This document shows positions 50,314-64,000 of a stretch of 64,000 nucleotides of DNA, piece after piece (the stretch's first letter is position 1; each line of letters opens with the position of its first letter). The DNA is from Sphagnum compactum. Lineage: Eukaryota. The DNA lies in assembly GCA_965153455.1 (NCBI GenBank), contig OZ234493.1, positions 27,580,213 to 27,644,212 of the forward strand, read 5' to 3'. The notes beneath the pieces were generated by a model, which had not been told where the DNA came from, ran no database searches, and saw nothing but the letters and a program-made list of their open reading frames with translations. The position numbers and the translations under genes are program-made.

Positions 50314-53300
50314 ATAGGTAGTACATTTAAGTAGGTGCGTAGGTACATAAATAATATGTAGGTAGGTAGGTTGTAAAATTATAGGTGGGAGGTAGGAAAT
50401 AGGTATGTAATAGGCATAAGATGTCGCATTTGATTAAAGAACATTAATCATTTTGACTAATGATGTCAATCTTTTATATTCAATTTGACTAAATGTCCCA
50501 TTTGACTAAAACCCATTGCCATTTTGACTAAGGTTGTCCAACTTAACTAAATCTATTGATCAAATAGATCACTCTAGTCAAGTTGATTGGTCAAAAAATC
50601 ATTCCTCGAGCCTCTAGTCAAAGTGGACATATCCATTAATCAACTTGGACTGTTTAAAAACCAAGAATTCTATAATTGTTTATGGAATGCACATGTGGGG
50701 ATTTCAAAATATCACCCATATATACCAAATCCTCATTCCTTTTGTCATTGGAATTTAGTCTTAATGTTGGATAAGTTATAATAAAAAATTGCATACCAAC
50801 CAAGTTTTGGTACATGGTCTTTTCTAAACCTTTCATGTTAGCTTGATCTTGGTATTGGGTCCAAGTTTGATTTAAAACTTGTTTGAAACAACTTTACACC
50901 TTGTATTGAAATTGGTATAAAACAAATTTATATATAACATTACCTCATGTGTCCTTACATGGTATTAATGCAAGGTCCATATTGCTTCATGTCATAACAA
51001 ATTAATAGGTCCTTGATACTAATATCAATACCAATGTTGATATCAAGCATATACATATATGTTAGACCATTGATGGCAAGTTCAAGTCTAAAGGTTTTGG
51101 ATTAAATTATGGGATATCTAGATTGAACATTTAGGATTTTACTAAAATTGAATTTGGATCCAAACCATGCAACTACTCTTTTACTGAAATTAAAATATAA
51201 ACCCACACTCTTTAAACAAGCCAAGTTTTGTATATAAGTACGAGTTATTTAAAAGGAAAATAATCAAACCCTTGTTTAAAGGTGAATTATTAGTTTTCTT
51301 TGGTTGCACATAACAAATAATACTAAATATTATAATTATATTTTTAAAAATTAGTTGGGTGCATGCAAATAAAATCAAACTTGTTTTTAAATTAAATCAA
51401 ATTCCAAAGTTTTTGGGAAGTTATGGAAACAAAGGTTTTATAAATCCAAGAAATCATTTTCAAAATTGCATTGGAGGTTATCTTAAACCAAAACTTTATA
51501 AAAACTAAAAACCAAAATTAAAAGTTTGTTTCAAAATCAAGAACCAAACAACATTGGTCTACACATGTGCCTTAGAACGAATCCACTTACACCTTGTATG
51601 TTAGCTTTTACCAGTGTTTATCACATCCCGAACAATGTGCAAGTCATTTTTTCATCTTCAACCATAAACACAAAATATTAAACAATGTAAAATGAAGAAC
51701 AATTAATTACCATCACATGGGTCAATCAAAGGACCAATGATATTTTTGAATGGCTCTTTAAAAGAGGTACCATATCATTTGCATATTCATAGTTCAAATT
51801 CAATTTCATGCAATATAGAACACGAACTTATTTAGTTTATAATTTATAATTTATAATCATTGACACATCTCCACCCAACAATTGTAAACTACACCTTTAT
51901 TAAAAAAAACTTAGTGTTTAATGTTGAATGTCCTAGAACACATAAACATCAAAACTCCTTTTAAATAACATGAAACTGTTTAATTCTTTACATATGAACC
52001 AATCATTATCACTAACCAAAGTCATAGGAAGAAAATCCAGGGGTGTTTATTGTTATGGGGTGAAGGCGCTCTTGTGTAATTACAAGTGGAGTCAAGTTAT
52101 AACATGAAGGTTTAAGTACCATATTTCACCAAATTGTTTTTTAGAAGATGGTGATGGGATAAACTTTCAAAATACAACATGCAAATATGCATAAGCCCTA
52201 TAAAATAGTGTAAGGTTTTTGAATTTGTATTAGAGGCACCTCCTTAAATGGAAAATGCATTCATCGATGAATCAAAAAGATTTTCCACCGTTTAGGTTCT
52301 TATCTTGCAATATTTTACATTACAAAAATGTTGTTCTTTGGGCCTCTCTTGATTTTGGGCTTAAACCCTTGAAGCTATCCTAACCCCCTTGAGGTAACAA
52401 CAAATGTTCGTTATTTATTATTTTTAAAATAATTCTTGAATATGTTATTATTTCTACAAAAAAGGTGCTAAGTAGGTTATCAATATCAATATTTGAAAAA
52501 AATCTTAATTAAATTATTGATATTAATTGGGTAATAACCACTAGTCATGCATAAGGGTAGGTTATCAAATAATTGATCAATAACCATTGGTTCTCTTGCC
52601 AATTATTAATTAGTTATTATTTTTCAATTTTCTAAAACCATTAAAACGTCTTTTTAAAAAAGGATTGATAACCATGTCATTCAGGTAGATTATTAGATTT
52701 TGGAATTTTGATATTACACAATTAGATGATTAACAATTTATCAACAAATCAAGAATCAACTAGTAGGTTATTAATAATTAGGTTGATGACCATGTCAAAA
52801 CTCAATAATTAGGGAAGGCCTTTAAAAACATCCATTGCCATATAATAATATTCCAACTTTGGCCAAAATCAAGAAAATGAAAGGTGTAGAAGGTCCAGTC
52901 CTTTCAATTTTAGTAATTTTCTTGACATGATTATATTTCAAAAACTACAAAAACAAGCAATTGATTATGTAATGACCCATTTATGACATGTTCAAAGTTC
53001 AAACAAAAAACTTTCCTTATTGATTTCTCATCTAAAATTTGTGAAACATGTCCATCCATCATATGTGCACATAAAAGATTTCAAATGAAGATTTTGCACG
53101 TTTCTCAAGTGTCTTAAATTGCAAAAACGGCCTTCTTGGAAAAGAAATATTGATTTTGAAAGAAATTCTAGTTTTGAAGAAACCAAAGCACTATTTCTAG
53201 TAGAAATTGTTTAAAAATTTTCCATTATGTCAAGGAAGGTGACCCCTAGAGTGCATTTTGCACCTAGTTCAACTTTAATCCTTGCCCTAAAAGGTTCATT

Positions 53301-56300
53301 AAGATGTAGAATGTGCCATTGGGGCACATTCTTTCATATATAATATTCAAGTGTCAAGATGTCACTCATACATTGAATCAAGTTCAAATTTTTACACAAA
53401 TGTGTAATATTTTCCTTGTTAACATGGTCAATAAAACTAAGGTTAATTAGTTTTCCATGCATGGTTTGCTTGAGTGTTTCAAAAATGATAAAAGTATTGT
53501 AGTCTTCCGATATTTTAAAATATTGCAACATTTTAAAACATTTCCACCAATCTTCCCACCTATACATACAAATTTCATAATTTCTGTGTGTCAAGCTCTT
53601 AAAACATTCAAACCACATGACTTATGACAATTTTCTACCCAACTTTGCAGTCAAATATATAAAAAAATTTGATATTTGGTGAAAAGAAGTCATATTTTTT
53701 GGGTATTTTGAAAGTTTGGGACCCACTTGTAAGCCATTGTTGACTTGTTCCTTGTCATTTGTAGAATCTATTACCACTTGGTAATTATTAAATATTATTT
53801 TTATCAATTCAAATGTGACTTATGTCCTTTTTTTGTTCTAACTTTTGAATCTACAGTCACACCTAATACTAAGTTGATGTTAAAAAAATGAGTTTTTAGG
53901 TTGCATTCACATCAAGAATGTAAATTAACATAAAGTCTTTAGTGGCACACAAAGTTAAGTGGGTGTTAACTTAACATCAAAATTTCAAAAATCGTAGATC
54001 TTGCAACAATAACACACTGTTAAGTGCTACCCATAAAAGGAGGCTTTAAATCAATGTTAAGTTAACAAAATATTTTTTCATGGTTCTTTTAAAGTCCATG
54101 ATCAAGTAGTCCTCCCTTACCTCCAAGTTTTTTAACATTTATTTTTAATATTAAATTTCACCTACCTACCTATTGACCTACTTATTTATATACTTACCCA
54201 CCTACCCACATATCCACTTACCTAATTATCTATGTACCCTCGTACCCTCCTTCTTACCTACACATAATATACTTACCTACCTACATATTTACATGGGGCC
54301 TCTTGGACTTGACAACTTTTTACATGGATACCGTATTAGTCACTTGGTGGATTCGGCACATGAATGACAATTAATGAATTTAACTTAAGTTTTTTGGTTC
54401 AACACTTGAGTTTTTAATACTGAGATTTTTAAATTGAATAAAGTTATTGTGAAGAACTAGTGCAAGAAGAGACTAGGGGAGCATTCAACCCCAACCAATT
54501 GGGAACATAACATTTAATGTTATTGCAGTTGGGTGGTTGGTAACACCATTTGATTTTTCACTCATCTTGCGCAAAGATGGCATGGTGGGCCCACACCAAA
54601 CTTTGTTAAACAACTCAAAGAGTCTACCTTCTTCTCATGGGTGTTTTAAAATCAACTTCATAATATGTTGCCATTCTAATCTACCATAATCCAACATGTT
54701 TTTCCACATTACCCTCTTCAATTTAAAGTCATGCCACATGTTGTCATTGAAGACTAGGTCATTTCTCTCAATCCATATACACCAAAGCACAATGCCTTTA
54801 AGCAAGGACCATTTAACCTTCTTAAGCTATTGGGTAATTTTCTGTTGAACAAACATTGCTCTAAGCTAAAACTTTCCATATATAATTGATATGAGGAAGT
54901 GTTTTTAGAAAATATAAAAAAGTGAATACCATCCCCATGTCATCTTTGCCTTTGAGTAGTGCCAAAATATATGGGTAGGTGGTTTTGAGGTTGTAGAGTA
55001 ACATGAGGGGTAGTTCACCTAGATGGTTATTTTATTTTATTTTTCCAAATGTTGATGCCAAGTGCTTGGTGCCATATATAATGACCAAAGCAAATTGAAT
55101 CAAACTTTGGACAATCCCAAAATAGATATATTGTGACTTATCCTTTTTTATGCTGCCCATACAAATTATAAGAGGAGAATTCAAGGCAAAATATATGGGA
55201 AAAAATGACGTGTTATTGGGAACATGTTGGGGAACACATTAAGAACTTGTGAAACATGTTGGGAACTCAATCAAACTTGATTTGAACACATTGGGAACCA
55301 AAGAAAATCCAACAGCCCCCTTTACACAAAGATAAAACAATTGGGCCCTTTGGGTGCATGTACCCAACATTTGCCTACTTATGTTTTTGACCATTTTTGG
55401 CCCATCCTAATAATGATAAGGAAAAATTGTGGGGGACACAATATTGTAGGTTCACATTAAAAATTACTCATTAAACAATTTTTGCATTGTCAACAACCCT
55501 TACTAGTCAAATGATGTTTTTATAATCTAACCAATAGGCTTCATTTACAAAGTTCATTAGATTTCATCAAAATATGTTTGTGGTGTAATGTTGGCGTCTT
55601 TCATTTTTGTGCAAATTGTGCATTAATTTCAACATGGAAAAAGATTGTGTTGCTATGATTTAGGGTAGATTTTTCTACCAAAATCATTTAATTCCAACAA
55701 TATATAGTTTATTAGAACTACATGTTTGATTAATCATTAGAAAATATTGCAAGTAAAAAAAATCCTTTGTAGCTATTGGATATTAGTTTTCAAGGAATGC
55801 CATTGACATTTCATGTTGCTTCAACAAAACCCCATTTGCAATACAACCTTTGTCATAAAAAATTCATTCACCTTCATGGGAGTTTAATTGTTTGTTTTCC
55901 CTCCATTCATTATAGTTCATCAACATTCATAGTACATGCATTACAATTCTAGATCTCTTGAATGATTTATGTTGAAGTTGCAATATCTTGAGGTATTTGC
56001 GAAACGTACAATGTTCCAAGCTTTGAAGCTTGCAAATCTTGAATAACATCTAATGAATGTAAAATTGACGTGAAGGTCAATTCATTGAAGCTTCATTCCA
56101 AAGTCCAAACCTTCAAATTCTTTTTGAGAATGTTACAAGGTATATTTAAGCTAAAATTAAAAAGCCAATAAATCTGTAACCAATGATTGTTGTTTCATGT
56201 TTTAATGTTAAAATTTATATTAATGTCATAAACATTTTTAATGTGTTTACATACACTATAAGGAATCATGTCCATATCAACCCATGTGTTTGCAAGTTGT

Positions 56301-56466
56301 GTTCAAATCAACCATTTTTGCAATTGCCAATGACTATCCTACATGGAACCATGCAAAAACCACTTGAAATCGCATATGTAAGTACGACATGGTTTTAAGT
56401 TGTGTATGTGACTATTATTAATTTGAATGAAAATGAAGGTGAAAGTTTTTTTCATATCATTCTACA

Positions 56467-57368
56467 TGACGTGCTCCCAAGCTCCTTGATAGATTCAAAT
56501 ATGAGTTTAGTTTGAAAACAACGGAAGAATAAGGAGTTGAGGCACACTCCCTGGCTCGCAGCACTTTGGGGGGGGGGGGTAGAGGGGCGTGTTGGAGCTC
56601 CGAAATGAGACTAGGAAGAATTGATAAGCAATCAATCACTCACACGGATCTGCACAAACCAAACAACAAGTTGATTAATGCATAGTTTGAACACTTTTGG
56701 TGTTAGGACAGACCATGGGCAACTTGGACCCACAAGATTCACCGTGGCCCGGACTCGGGGGAAGCCACCACCTTCCCCCATATAGTACACTTTGTGCCTG
56801 GCCACGGGACCAACATCCAAATGGTTTTTTGTCCTGGGACTCCCAAGTGGGAGTCCCGAAATTCTCATAGCTGGGACTCCCGCGATTTTGGGGACCCATA
56901 TCTTTGCGTGCAGACCTCCGAGTGAGATAGGTCTAAAGCAAAGTATGTCGCACGGCATGTCGCACGCCAATTGCACGCAAGGAAATCGGGTTGATTCCCG
57001 ACTTTTAGTGGTCGGGAGTCAAACTGCCAATTTGACTCCCGGCCCCTCTTTTGACCATAACTTGTGTTAGAAGTGTCCAACTACGTCATGCGAGCCCATT
57101 TAAGACATCTATGTTCCAAGAGCTTTCCAATGATATGAATAACTCCTCAATACATTGGGTTTTGACCCCTGCAATCGATCTCTAAAGATTTGGGAGTCCA
57201 TCGGGACTTCAACTCTCAAGGTGGGAATTCCTTTGGGAGTATGAGGGGTCATTCCTTCACACTCTCCTACACTCTCGGAAACACTAGATGTGACTCCTGC
57301 AATTCCTCTTGGCCCGCACCCTTGCAAGCCCTCGCCTTGGCTGCAAGCCCAAGGCTAGGGTTGCGACA
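56467..57368. mobile_element. Solo LTR (902 bp)
   Basis: GC-richer island with TG..CA ends (tgacg...gggttgcgaca), flanked by a perfect 5-bp TSD ctaca (56462-56466 and 57369-57373). No adjacent PBS/PPT or internal domains seen. Confidence 0.88.
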
Positions 57369-57879
57369 CTACAACTAATGGCATCCAACAACAAATAAAA
57401 ATTTAGTTGTTTTTGGGACTAGTAATGTGATTCATAGGTGATTAAAGAACATGGGGCGTTTTATTCAATTTAAATTGTGCCTATAGATTATAGTTGCAAA
57501 CATACATGTGTCTACTTGTGTAAAGAAATTGTGTTAGGGCTAATGAAATGATTGGATTTGGTGGTTTGAGATTTTTTCTTGGTTGTTTTGGGTGAACAAA
57601 TATTTATATGTGTAATAAAGTTTTGTAGGTTTGTGAGAATTTCAAAGGACCAATGGCAAGGGTAGAAATGAACCACAATTTTCAATATAATAAAGTCATG
57701 TGAAGGTGTACCTTGTTTTAGACAAATGGGATCATTAGATTTAATGGTTTGAATTTGTATTCTAAATTACTTAAAATGAAACACCATTTCAATGTAATAT
57801 TTGTTTACATATAAGATACTTGCACATTATAGTTTGTGCATAATATTGTTTTGTTAATTTTGCATTGTAGTCAAAATAA

Positions 57880-58575
57880 AACAACTTAGGTTAGAATAAC
57901 CTAAAATATTTTAAAGTGGATTAAGGTAAAATAGCCAAGAATAGTTTAAAGGTAAAATAACTTATAATAACATAGGGTGAATATTTAAGAATATCTTAAG
58001 GCAGATTAAGATAAAATAATTAAAAATAGCTTAAGGTAAAATAACCAAAAGTACCTTAGGGTAAAATAATTTATAATAACATAGGGTGAATATCTAAATA
58101 TATTCTAAGGTGGATTAAAGTAAAATAAGTTAAAGTATAATAACATGTAATATCTTAGGGTGAAATTGTTTAAAATAATTGAGAATAAACTAAAGTAGCC
58201 TAAGGTGGAATAATTTAAAATAGTTGAAAATAACCTAAAACGGCCGAAGGTGGAATAACTTAAAATAATTAAAAATACCATAAGGTATAATAACCTAGAA
58301 CAAACTAGGGTGGAATAACTCAAAGTAATCAAGAAAAATATCTTAAGGTATAGTAACCTAAAATAGTCTAAGGTGGAATAACTTAAAGTAGTTGATAATA
58401 ACATTGGGTGGAATAACTTATAATAATAGAAAATAACCTAGGGTATAATAACTTAAAGTAAAATAATTTAGAATAATTTAGGTTGAATATAACCCAAGGT
58501 GCAACAACCTATAATAACATGTAATCCCCTAAGGTGGAATGACCTATAATAGTCAATAATAGCCTAAGGTAAAAA
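57880..58575. repeat. Degenerate AT-rich minisatellite (aggtggaataac.taaa / aggtaaaataa units)
   Basis: Many short aaggt(g/a)(g/a)aataac(t/c)taaa variants in tandem. Confidence 0.8.
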
Positions 58576-58999
58576 GGTAATTAATTAATTATGTAAGTTG
58601 GGTAGTATTTTAATTAGGGAAAATTCTCTAAACACATTTTGACATTATAGTATATTACATCTTTTTGAGTCATAAGAAAATTTTAAAGATATTTTTTTTA
58701 TGACAATGAAATATTCTTAAAATATTTAAAAATATTTTGGCATAAGAAATCACATAATCAATCATTAAAGGTGCACTATTGGTTCCTATTAGCTTGAATG
58801 TACCACTCAATGACAACATACTTTTGAAGCCCAAGTAAATGCAAGGTTTTCATCTAATTTGTTTGTTTATGCAATTGGAAAGCTTCAATTTTTATTATCT
58901 GCATGGTTTTAAACCTAGGATATTTTCATGATCTGCAATTTTGTAACTAGAACTTGAAGGTATGTGAGGCTAATATGTACTATATGTATTGTAATCCTA

Positions 59000-59830
59000 T
59001 TACTTAATATTCATCCAAGGATTTCAACACATTTCTTTATATTATCTAGCATTGCAATTTGAAAAGCTAAACATGAGTTGGGTTTTTGCTTTTGACTTTG
59101 CTTTGGAATATGCAACATTTAAAGTTTTTGGGTTTACTATCATGGTGCATAAACAAGATTCACTAATGGGGTCTTGAGTTTAATTTTAAAAGTTGATTTG
59201 GAAAATGTAGTTGAAGATGTGAAGAAATAGTGTATTAGTGTTGCTTTTTATTTCATCAAGGAATTGGAGAAAATATTTCCTATTTAAGATCTCTTGAATG
59301 TCATGGGCATTATTTATTTGTAATTTTCAGTTTAGCTACAAGTAGAACACACATTTCTTGTATGGACGAGCATTTAGAAATCCCATTATTACCATGGGAA
59401 GAATCTTCATCTAAATCGAATCTTCATTTAGCCCATTTTTAATGACGAATTGTTGGACCAATAATGCTTTTTTCCCTTCAAGATCACAATGTAGAATATT
59501 TATCATGCTACCATGAAATCAGTTCATGAATGTAATCCATGTACACTAGGATGTGGTGCATGCTATCAAACAACCAATTCATTACACACCAACTATCTAA
59601 ATGGTTTAAGTTAATTGAGTTGTTAATGGGTATGGTGTTGGGTAATGTGAAAGACAATAGATGTTTTTTCATCTTGAGTTTTGTGAAGAATAAGTTGAAA
59701 ACTAGGTTGACAATGCACCTTGATTTCACTATGCAAATATATGCATAGATTCTTTTTACTCTTGAAAACCTCCATTTGATGTTGTAATCAAAACTTGGAA
59801 CGTGAAGGCCATGAATTGAATGACTAAGTA
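59000..59830 (+). pseudogene. hAT transposase relic (C-terminal dimerization domain)
   Basis: ORF 59539-59748 LSKWFKLIELLMGMVLGNVKDNRCFFILSFVKNKLKTRLTMHLD matches the hAT C-terminal pattern (KLA.I....SV..ER.FS.L..LK.K.RNRL). Flanks are degraded. Confidence 0.6.
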
Positions 59831-60097
59831 GGTTGAGTCTTGCATATATTTTTAAGGTTTCGATTGCCTTGGATATTTTGTTATGTTTACCCCCACATTG
59901 TTCCAAATTTTGTATGCTATATTGTTTTAACTTATGTTTGTTTTTTTGGTCAATAGGTGTTTTCTTATTGCAGTGGGCCAAGTTCATAGTGACCATAGTT
60001 CCCTAGGAAAGACAAAATAGGATTCTTTCCACCAATGTCAATTGACCTTTGAATTCTGTATATAGAACTACCTCAACTTCTATTGTTGTGCTTAGCT

Positions 60098-60327
60098 TTG
60101 TTACACCAAAACAAAGGAAAGAATGATATTGAATTCACTACACCAAAACAAAGAAACAAAGGTATGGTGATTTTCATTACACAAGAACAAAAAAAATCAC
60201 CTAAAATAAAATTTGTTACACCAAAACAAAGGAAAAACTGATATTGAATTCTCTACACCAAAACAAAGAAACAAAGTTGTGGTGACTTTCATTACACCAG
60301 AACAAAGAAAATCACCTAAAATAAAGT
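60098..60327. repeat. ~115-bp tandem duplication
   Basis: ttgttacaccaaaacaaaggaaa...aatcacctaaaataaa occurs twice in succession. Confidence 0.85.
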
Positions 60328-60792
60328 TTATGCAATAGTTTTGTCCTCCAAAAATTTTACTTGGCTCATGTTGTGATTGCTTAAATGCGACTTTGTTCTG
60401 GAGTTGATTGCACAATTTCTTATCACAATTTCAATGCAATTGCCAACTTTCTGACTAAAACTTAAATGTGGTTGCTTACAAACTTTACCATCTCAAGAAA
60501 AATGTTGTCACAAGTTCTCTACCGAACAATTACCTTAGTAGCCACTTTTCCTCCCCTTTTAAAGCTGGCTATTCATCTCTTAAACCACACATGGCTGCCA
60601 CTTGTCAGAAATGTATTAGGCATAAATAAGCCACCCAGGCTACCAAAAACCTTGGAAAAAAGGCTAATGGGTAAGGCTGGGGTTTAGGGACCCTTAACCA
60701 GTAGTTTTCAGAAGAAAATTCAAGGAGACTGTTCTGACCCTTGACTGGCTATTCTCAAAAATCATAAAATTCGTTTGACCCTCAAAAACCTC

Positions 60793-60824
<32 letters not shown>

Positions 60825-62404
60825 CTGGGTAAAATTGCTCATCACCGAACACATATCTATCATTGAACAATTTCCAATATTTTTCTCATTCCTTAACCAA
60901 ATCGAGCAATTTTTGTGCCATTGGAAGTGGAAGGTGGAGGGCTACAACTGTTCTTTCAGCTTCAGAAGCAGAGGAACAATGTGTGAGGATTCAACCTCCT
61001 TTGACTTCTTAAATGTTCACTCACCGGCCTACCTACCCTATGTCAAAGAAGCTACCCTAAACCATTCTTTCATGAAAATGGCCAGATCTTGGAGAAATTA
61101 AAAAGAAACCAAAACCAGAGGCTTTTTTTAATTTCTGAAAAATTTCAAAAACCAAGAACCTGAGGCTTTATGATTCTAAAAGTTTCGTCAAAACAGGAAC
61201 CAGAGGTTTTTTAATTTGTAAAATTAGAAAAAGCCAGAACTAGGCTAGAGGTATTCAACAAAATCAAAGAATCAACTATGAATGGTGTTTTACTTACATA
61301 GTACTTACACAAACAAAATGCAGAGAAAAGTAGTAAACTAGATAACTCTCTAGATTAGGTACTCAATGCTCATGGCCCATGTGACCCAGCACTTATGGGA
61401 TGAAGCTATGAACCCCAACCCTCATTAGGGTGGGGTGGCTTCACTAGAGTTAACGACTCTTCTTACCTGCCCTCCCCAGCAAGTACCCACACCTTCTACC
61501 TCCATTTTCCACTTGGCTAGCATTCAACAATCCATCCAAACCGGTTCCTGTGTGGGTGCAGTTTCATTTTGGCCATTTCTCATCCCATTGATAACCCACC
61601 CACCAACTAGGTACTCTCTCTCTCACTCACTCCCTTGAATATGATGATGAGGTCCCTTTTGGAGTAACCCTGCCCTTTTTGACCTCCTCCCTGTGTTGGC
61701 TAGCAATGTAGCCAACTATCCCAACTTTGATTGCAGTACGCCAAGAGGAAAATTGTCAGTCCAGTACCACTATTATTGCTCCAAATATAATGAAAACATT
61801 CTCTTTCTCATTATTGATTAAAGTGATGAGAGAGACAAAGAGAGAGAGAGTGATATATATATAATGTCTTCACTTCCATATTCCCATTTCAATTTAATCC
61901 CCAAATTCTCCACAAATTAATTGTTTAGTTACACTTCATTTCAAGTTCAGTGCTCAAATCTCCCTAGGAAATGTCAATCCCAAAATTCTGAATTCAAGTA
62001 TTCTAATCCCCAAATTTCCCAATTGAAGAATTCCAGTTGCCCTAATTTCCCAATGCAAGAATTTTCAGTCCAAAATCTACAATTGAAATTCAGGTGCAAC
62101 TCCTACCAGTTAAGCTACAAAGTCAATATATAAAAAAGATACATAGTAATACTCATCAATTTCTTTCTCTCTTTCTTTCTTTGTACAGTACTCTGAGAAA
62201 TTTCTAGAGTATGTGGAGGGCACCTTGTACACTCTAGTAATGCTTCCTCAAAATTAGGAGGCACCTTACACGTGCAGGAGGCTTCTTAAACCTACTAAGG
62301 ACCTACTTGTAGGCCTCTTACACATGTTTGGTAGGTAAAAGAAGACTTGTAAGTGTAAAATAGCCCTTGCTCTTACTACTACCTCATGATTTACTTATGT
62401 CTGC

Positions 62405-62640
62405 AGGCTTCTGATAATGTTCACCTTGTGCTTGACAAATGGGTAAGACCCTACCTAAGTGTTTAGGCTTATGATAATGTTCATCTTGTGCTTTATGATG
62501 GGTAAAGTCTTACCTAAGTGTTAAGACTTATGATAATGTTCACCTCGTGCTTTACAGTGGGTAAGGACCTACCTACCTACATGGTTAAGCTTATGACAAT
62601 GTTCACCTTGTTCTATGATGTGTGCGGTATAGGGTAAGTC
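62405..62640. repeat. ~60-bp tandem repeat, 4 copies
   Basis: (g/a)ctt(a/c)tga(t/c)aatgttca(c/t)ct.gtgctt...gggtaag at ~62407, 62467, 62526 and 62589. Confidence 0.85.
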
Positions 62641-62708
62641 CCTGCTGTCAGAGATCTACTGTGTAGCACCAAGGGCCACACAGTAATTCCCTGACAGCAA
62701 GGACTTAC
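62634..62708 (-). ncRNA. Candidate miRNA-precursor-like hairpin (34-bp stem, 7-nt loop)
   Basis: Arms 62634-62667 and 62675-62708 match at 29 of 34 positions with no gaps. Four of the five mismatches become G-U wobble pairs on the minus strand. Confidence 0.35.
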
Positions 62709-64000
62709 ACTGCATAACAGCTGAGGTAATCAATGCCTTATGAAATAATTTTTTCCCTTTCAACGATCTGATTGGGTTACGTCTTTCGCCTTCCGAATCT
62801 TACAAAATTACGCTATCTGCCCTGAGGAACATTTTGTAAACCTGATTACAAAAAATAATCCACCCTCCAAATACACTAGAGATTTTCGCCAAGGTTGTTA
62901 TGTAATAAGGACCCATATGCCAAAATGTGAGGTTGAGCTTATTTGTGGCCTACTACCTAGTTCAACTAGGTTGTGGCTTATTGCAAGAATGAATGTCCCC
63001 ACCTTGAGGCCTTACCCTCACTTATGTTATGTTTGTTGGGTATTTCCCCTTTTGCTTTTCCGACAATATGTTTGTTGAGTATTTCCATGCATTCATTCGA
63101 TGAATGAATTCATGAACTACACTTACCCAACAAACACCAAAAAGTATAGCATCCCAATCATTACTGACAAGGGTTTTTCTTTCTTTCTTTTTCCATTTTG
63201 TGATATGAAAAACATTGACAAATATTTCCAAAAAATATTTAGCCAAATTAGTCCCACTTTATTATAACTAGAAAAAACGAAAATTTCTCTATTTTTGTTG
63301 AAAAAGGAAAAAAAATTATTGAAAAAAAACAGTGAAATTTTACCAATGTGTGTTTTTTCTAAAAACTTTTGTGATATTGGAAGGCTGGGCATTATTAACA
63401 ACAATATTTAGCCAGAAATGACTAGGTACAAATCAGATCTGACAGTAGAAATTTACGAAAATCTTTCTATGATGTGGCTACTGGCAGGAGCCTATGGGCG
63501 GATGATCTTTTGAATTTGTTTTGAAATCTGGCGAATTTAGAGCCTACGATAGTAATCTGACGATTTGCCCTTTTCTTTTTTTTGTTGATATCCAGCCAGT
63601 TTAGCCTAGGTCTTTTTGTTCCAAAAAATCCTTTATTCGCCCCAAAAAAACCCACTGAATTCAACACCCCCAGGTGGCTGAGTGTTTTTTTATTCAATTT
63701 TGTGATGTTGCTCAAATGGTGATGGGTCCATAAGTATATTGAGCCAAATTTTTCGATATTAAAAACATGAAAGCATAAAATCTTAAGCACCCTTTCATAT
63801 TGTAGGCAATTGTGACTTTTTTGGCTATTTTATTTAATTTTTTCAAAAAAGAGAATTTTCGACAGAATTATTCTCTTTTGAAAATATTTTTCGCAAATGG
63901 CGGAAATTCGCCACAAAAAACTAAAATCGCTGTTCGGGCCCCCCCAGAACAGAAACCAAAAAAAAACTCAAAATTTGTGCAATGGGGCCCAAATTGGGCA

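Noticed and set aside
52900-56150. Possible further transposase relics on the minus strand
   Set aside because: Fragments are too degraded to assign motifs or boundaries by eye.
56457-57378. ORFs of 60-114 aa in the GC-rich island
   Set aside because: They lie wholly inside the solo LTR and have no protein motifs.
63130-63930. ORFs and tttagccaaa-rich segment (similar motifs at 25270-25510, 6830-6970 and 27180-27310)
   Set aside because: Dispersed AT-rich repeat family; boundaries and TSDs could not be defined and the ORFs are spurious.

Overview
Eukaryotic, intron-containing, AT-rich land-plant genomic DNA. The repeat landscape looks bryophyte-like, possibly Sphagnum (inference only). Three host genes can be supported. 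(1) A 14-exon NBS1/nibrin gene on the minus strand (1282-6548). (2) A 3-exon gene on the plus strand (18088-19889) that, once spliced, encodes a probably secreted ApoD-like lipocalin whose barrel motifs are split by a ~200-aa predicted helical insertion; this is the most unusual object in the window. (3) An intronless GT31 beta-1,3-galactosyltransferase on the minus strand (22195-23460). The rest is mostly transposon-derived. A decayed Copia element with both LTRs, PBS, PPT and TSD spans 11427-17234. A decayed Gypsy element on the minus strand (33693-50313) carries an extra env-like ORF and two independent CACTA insertions, each with a TSD. There is also a solo LTR with a perfect TSD (56467-57368) plus an ancient relative of it, hAT transposase relics, MITE-like foldbacks and tandem repeats. 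A 34-bp hairpin at 62634-62708 resembles a miRNA precursor. All exon and TE boundaries were read by eye, and no database searches were run.
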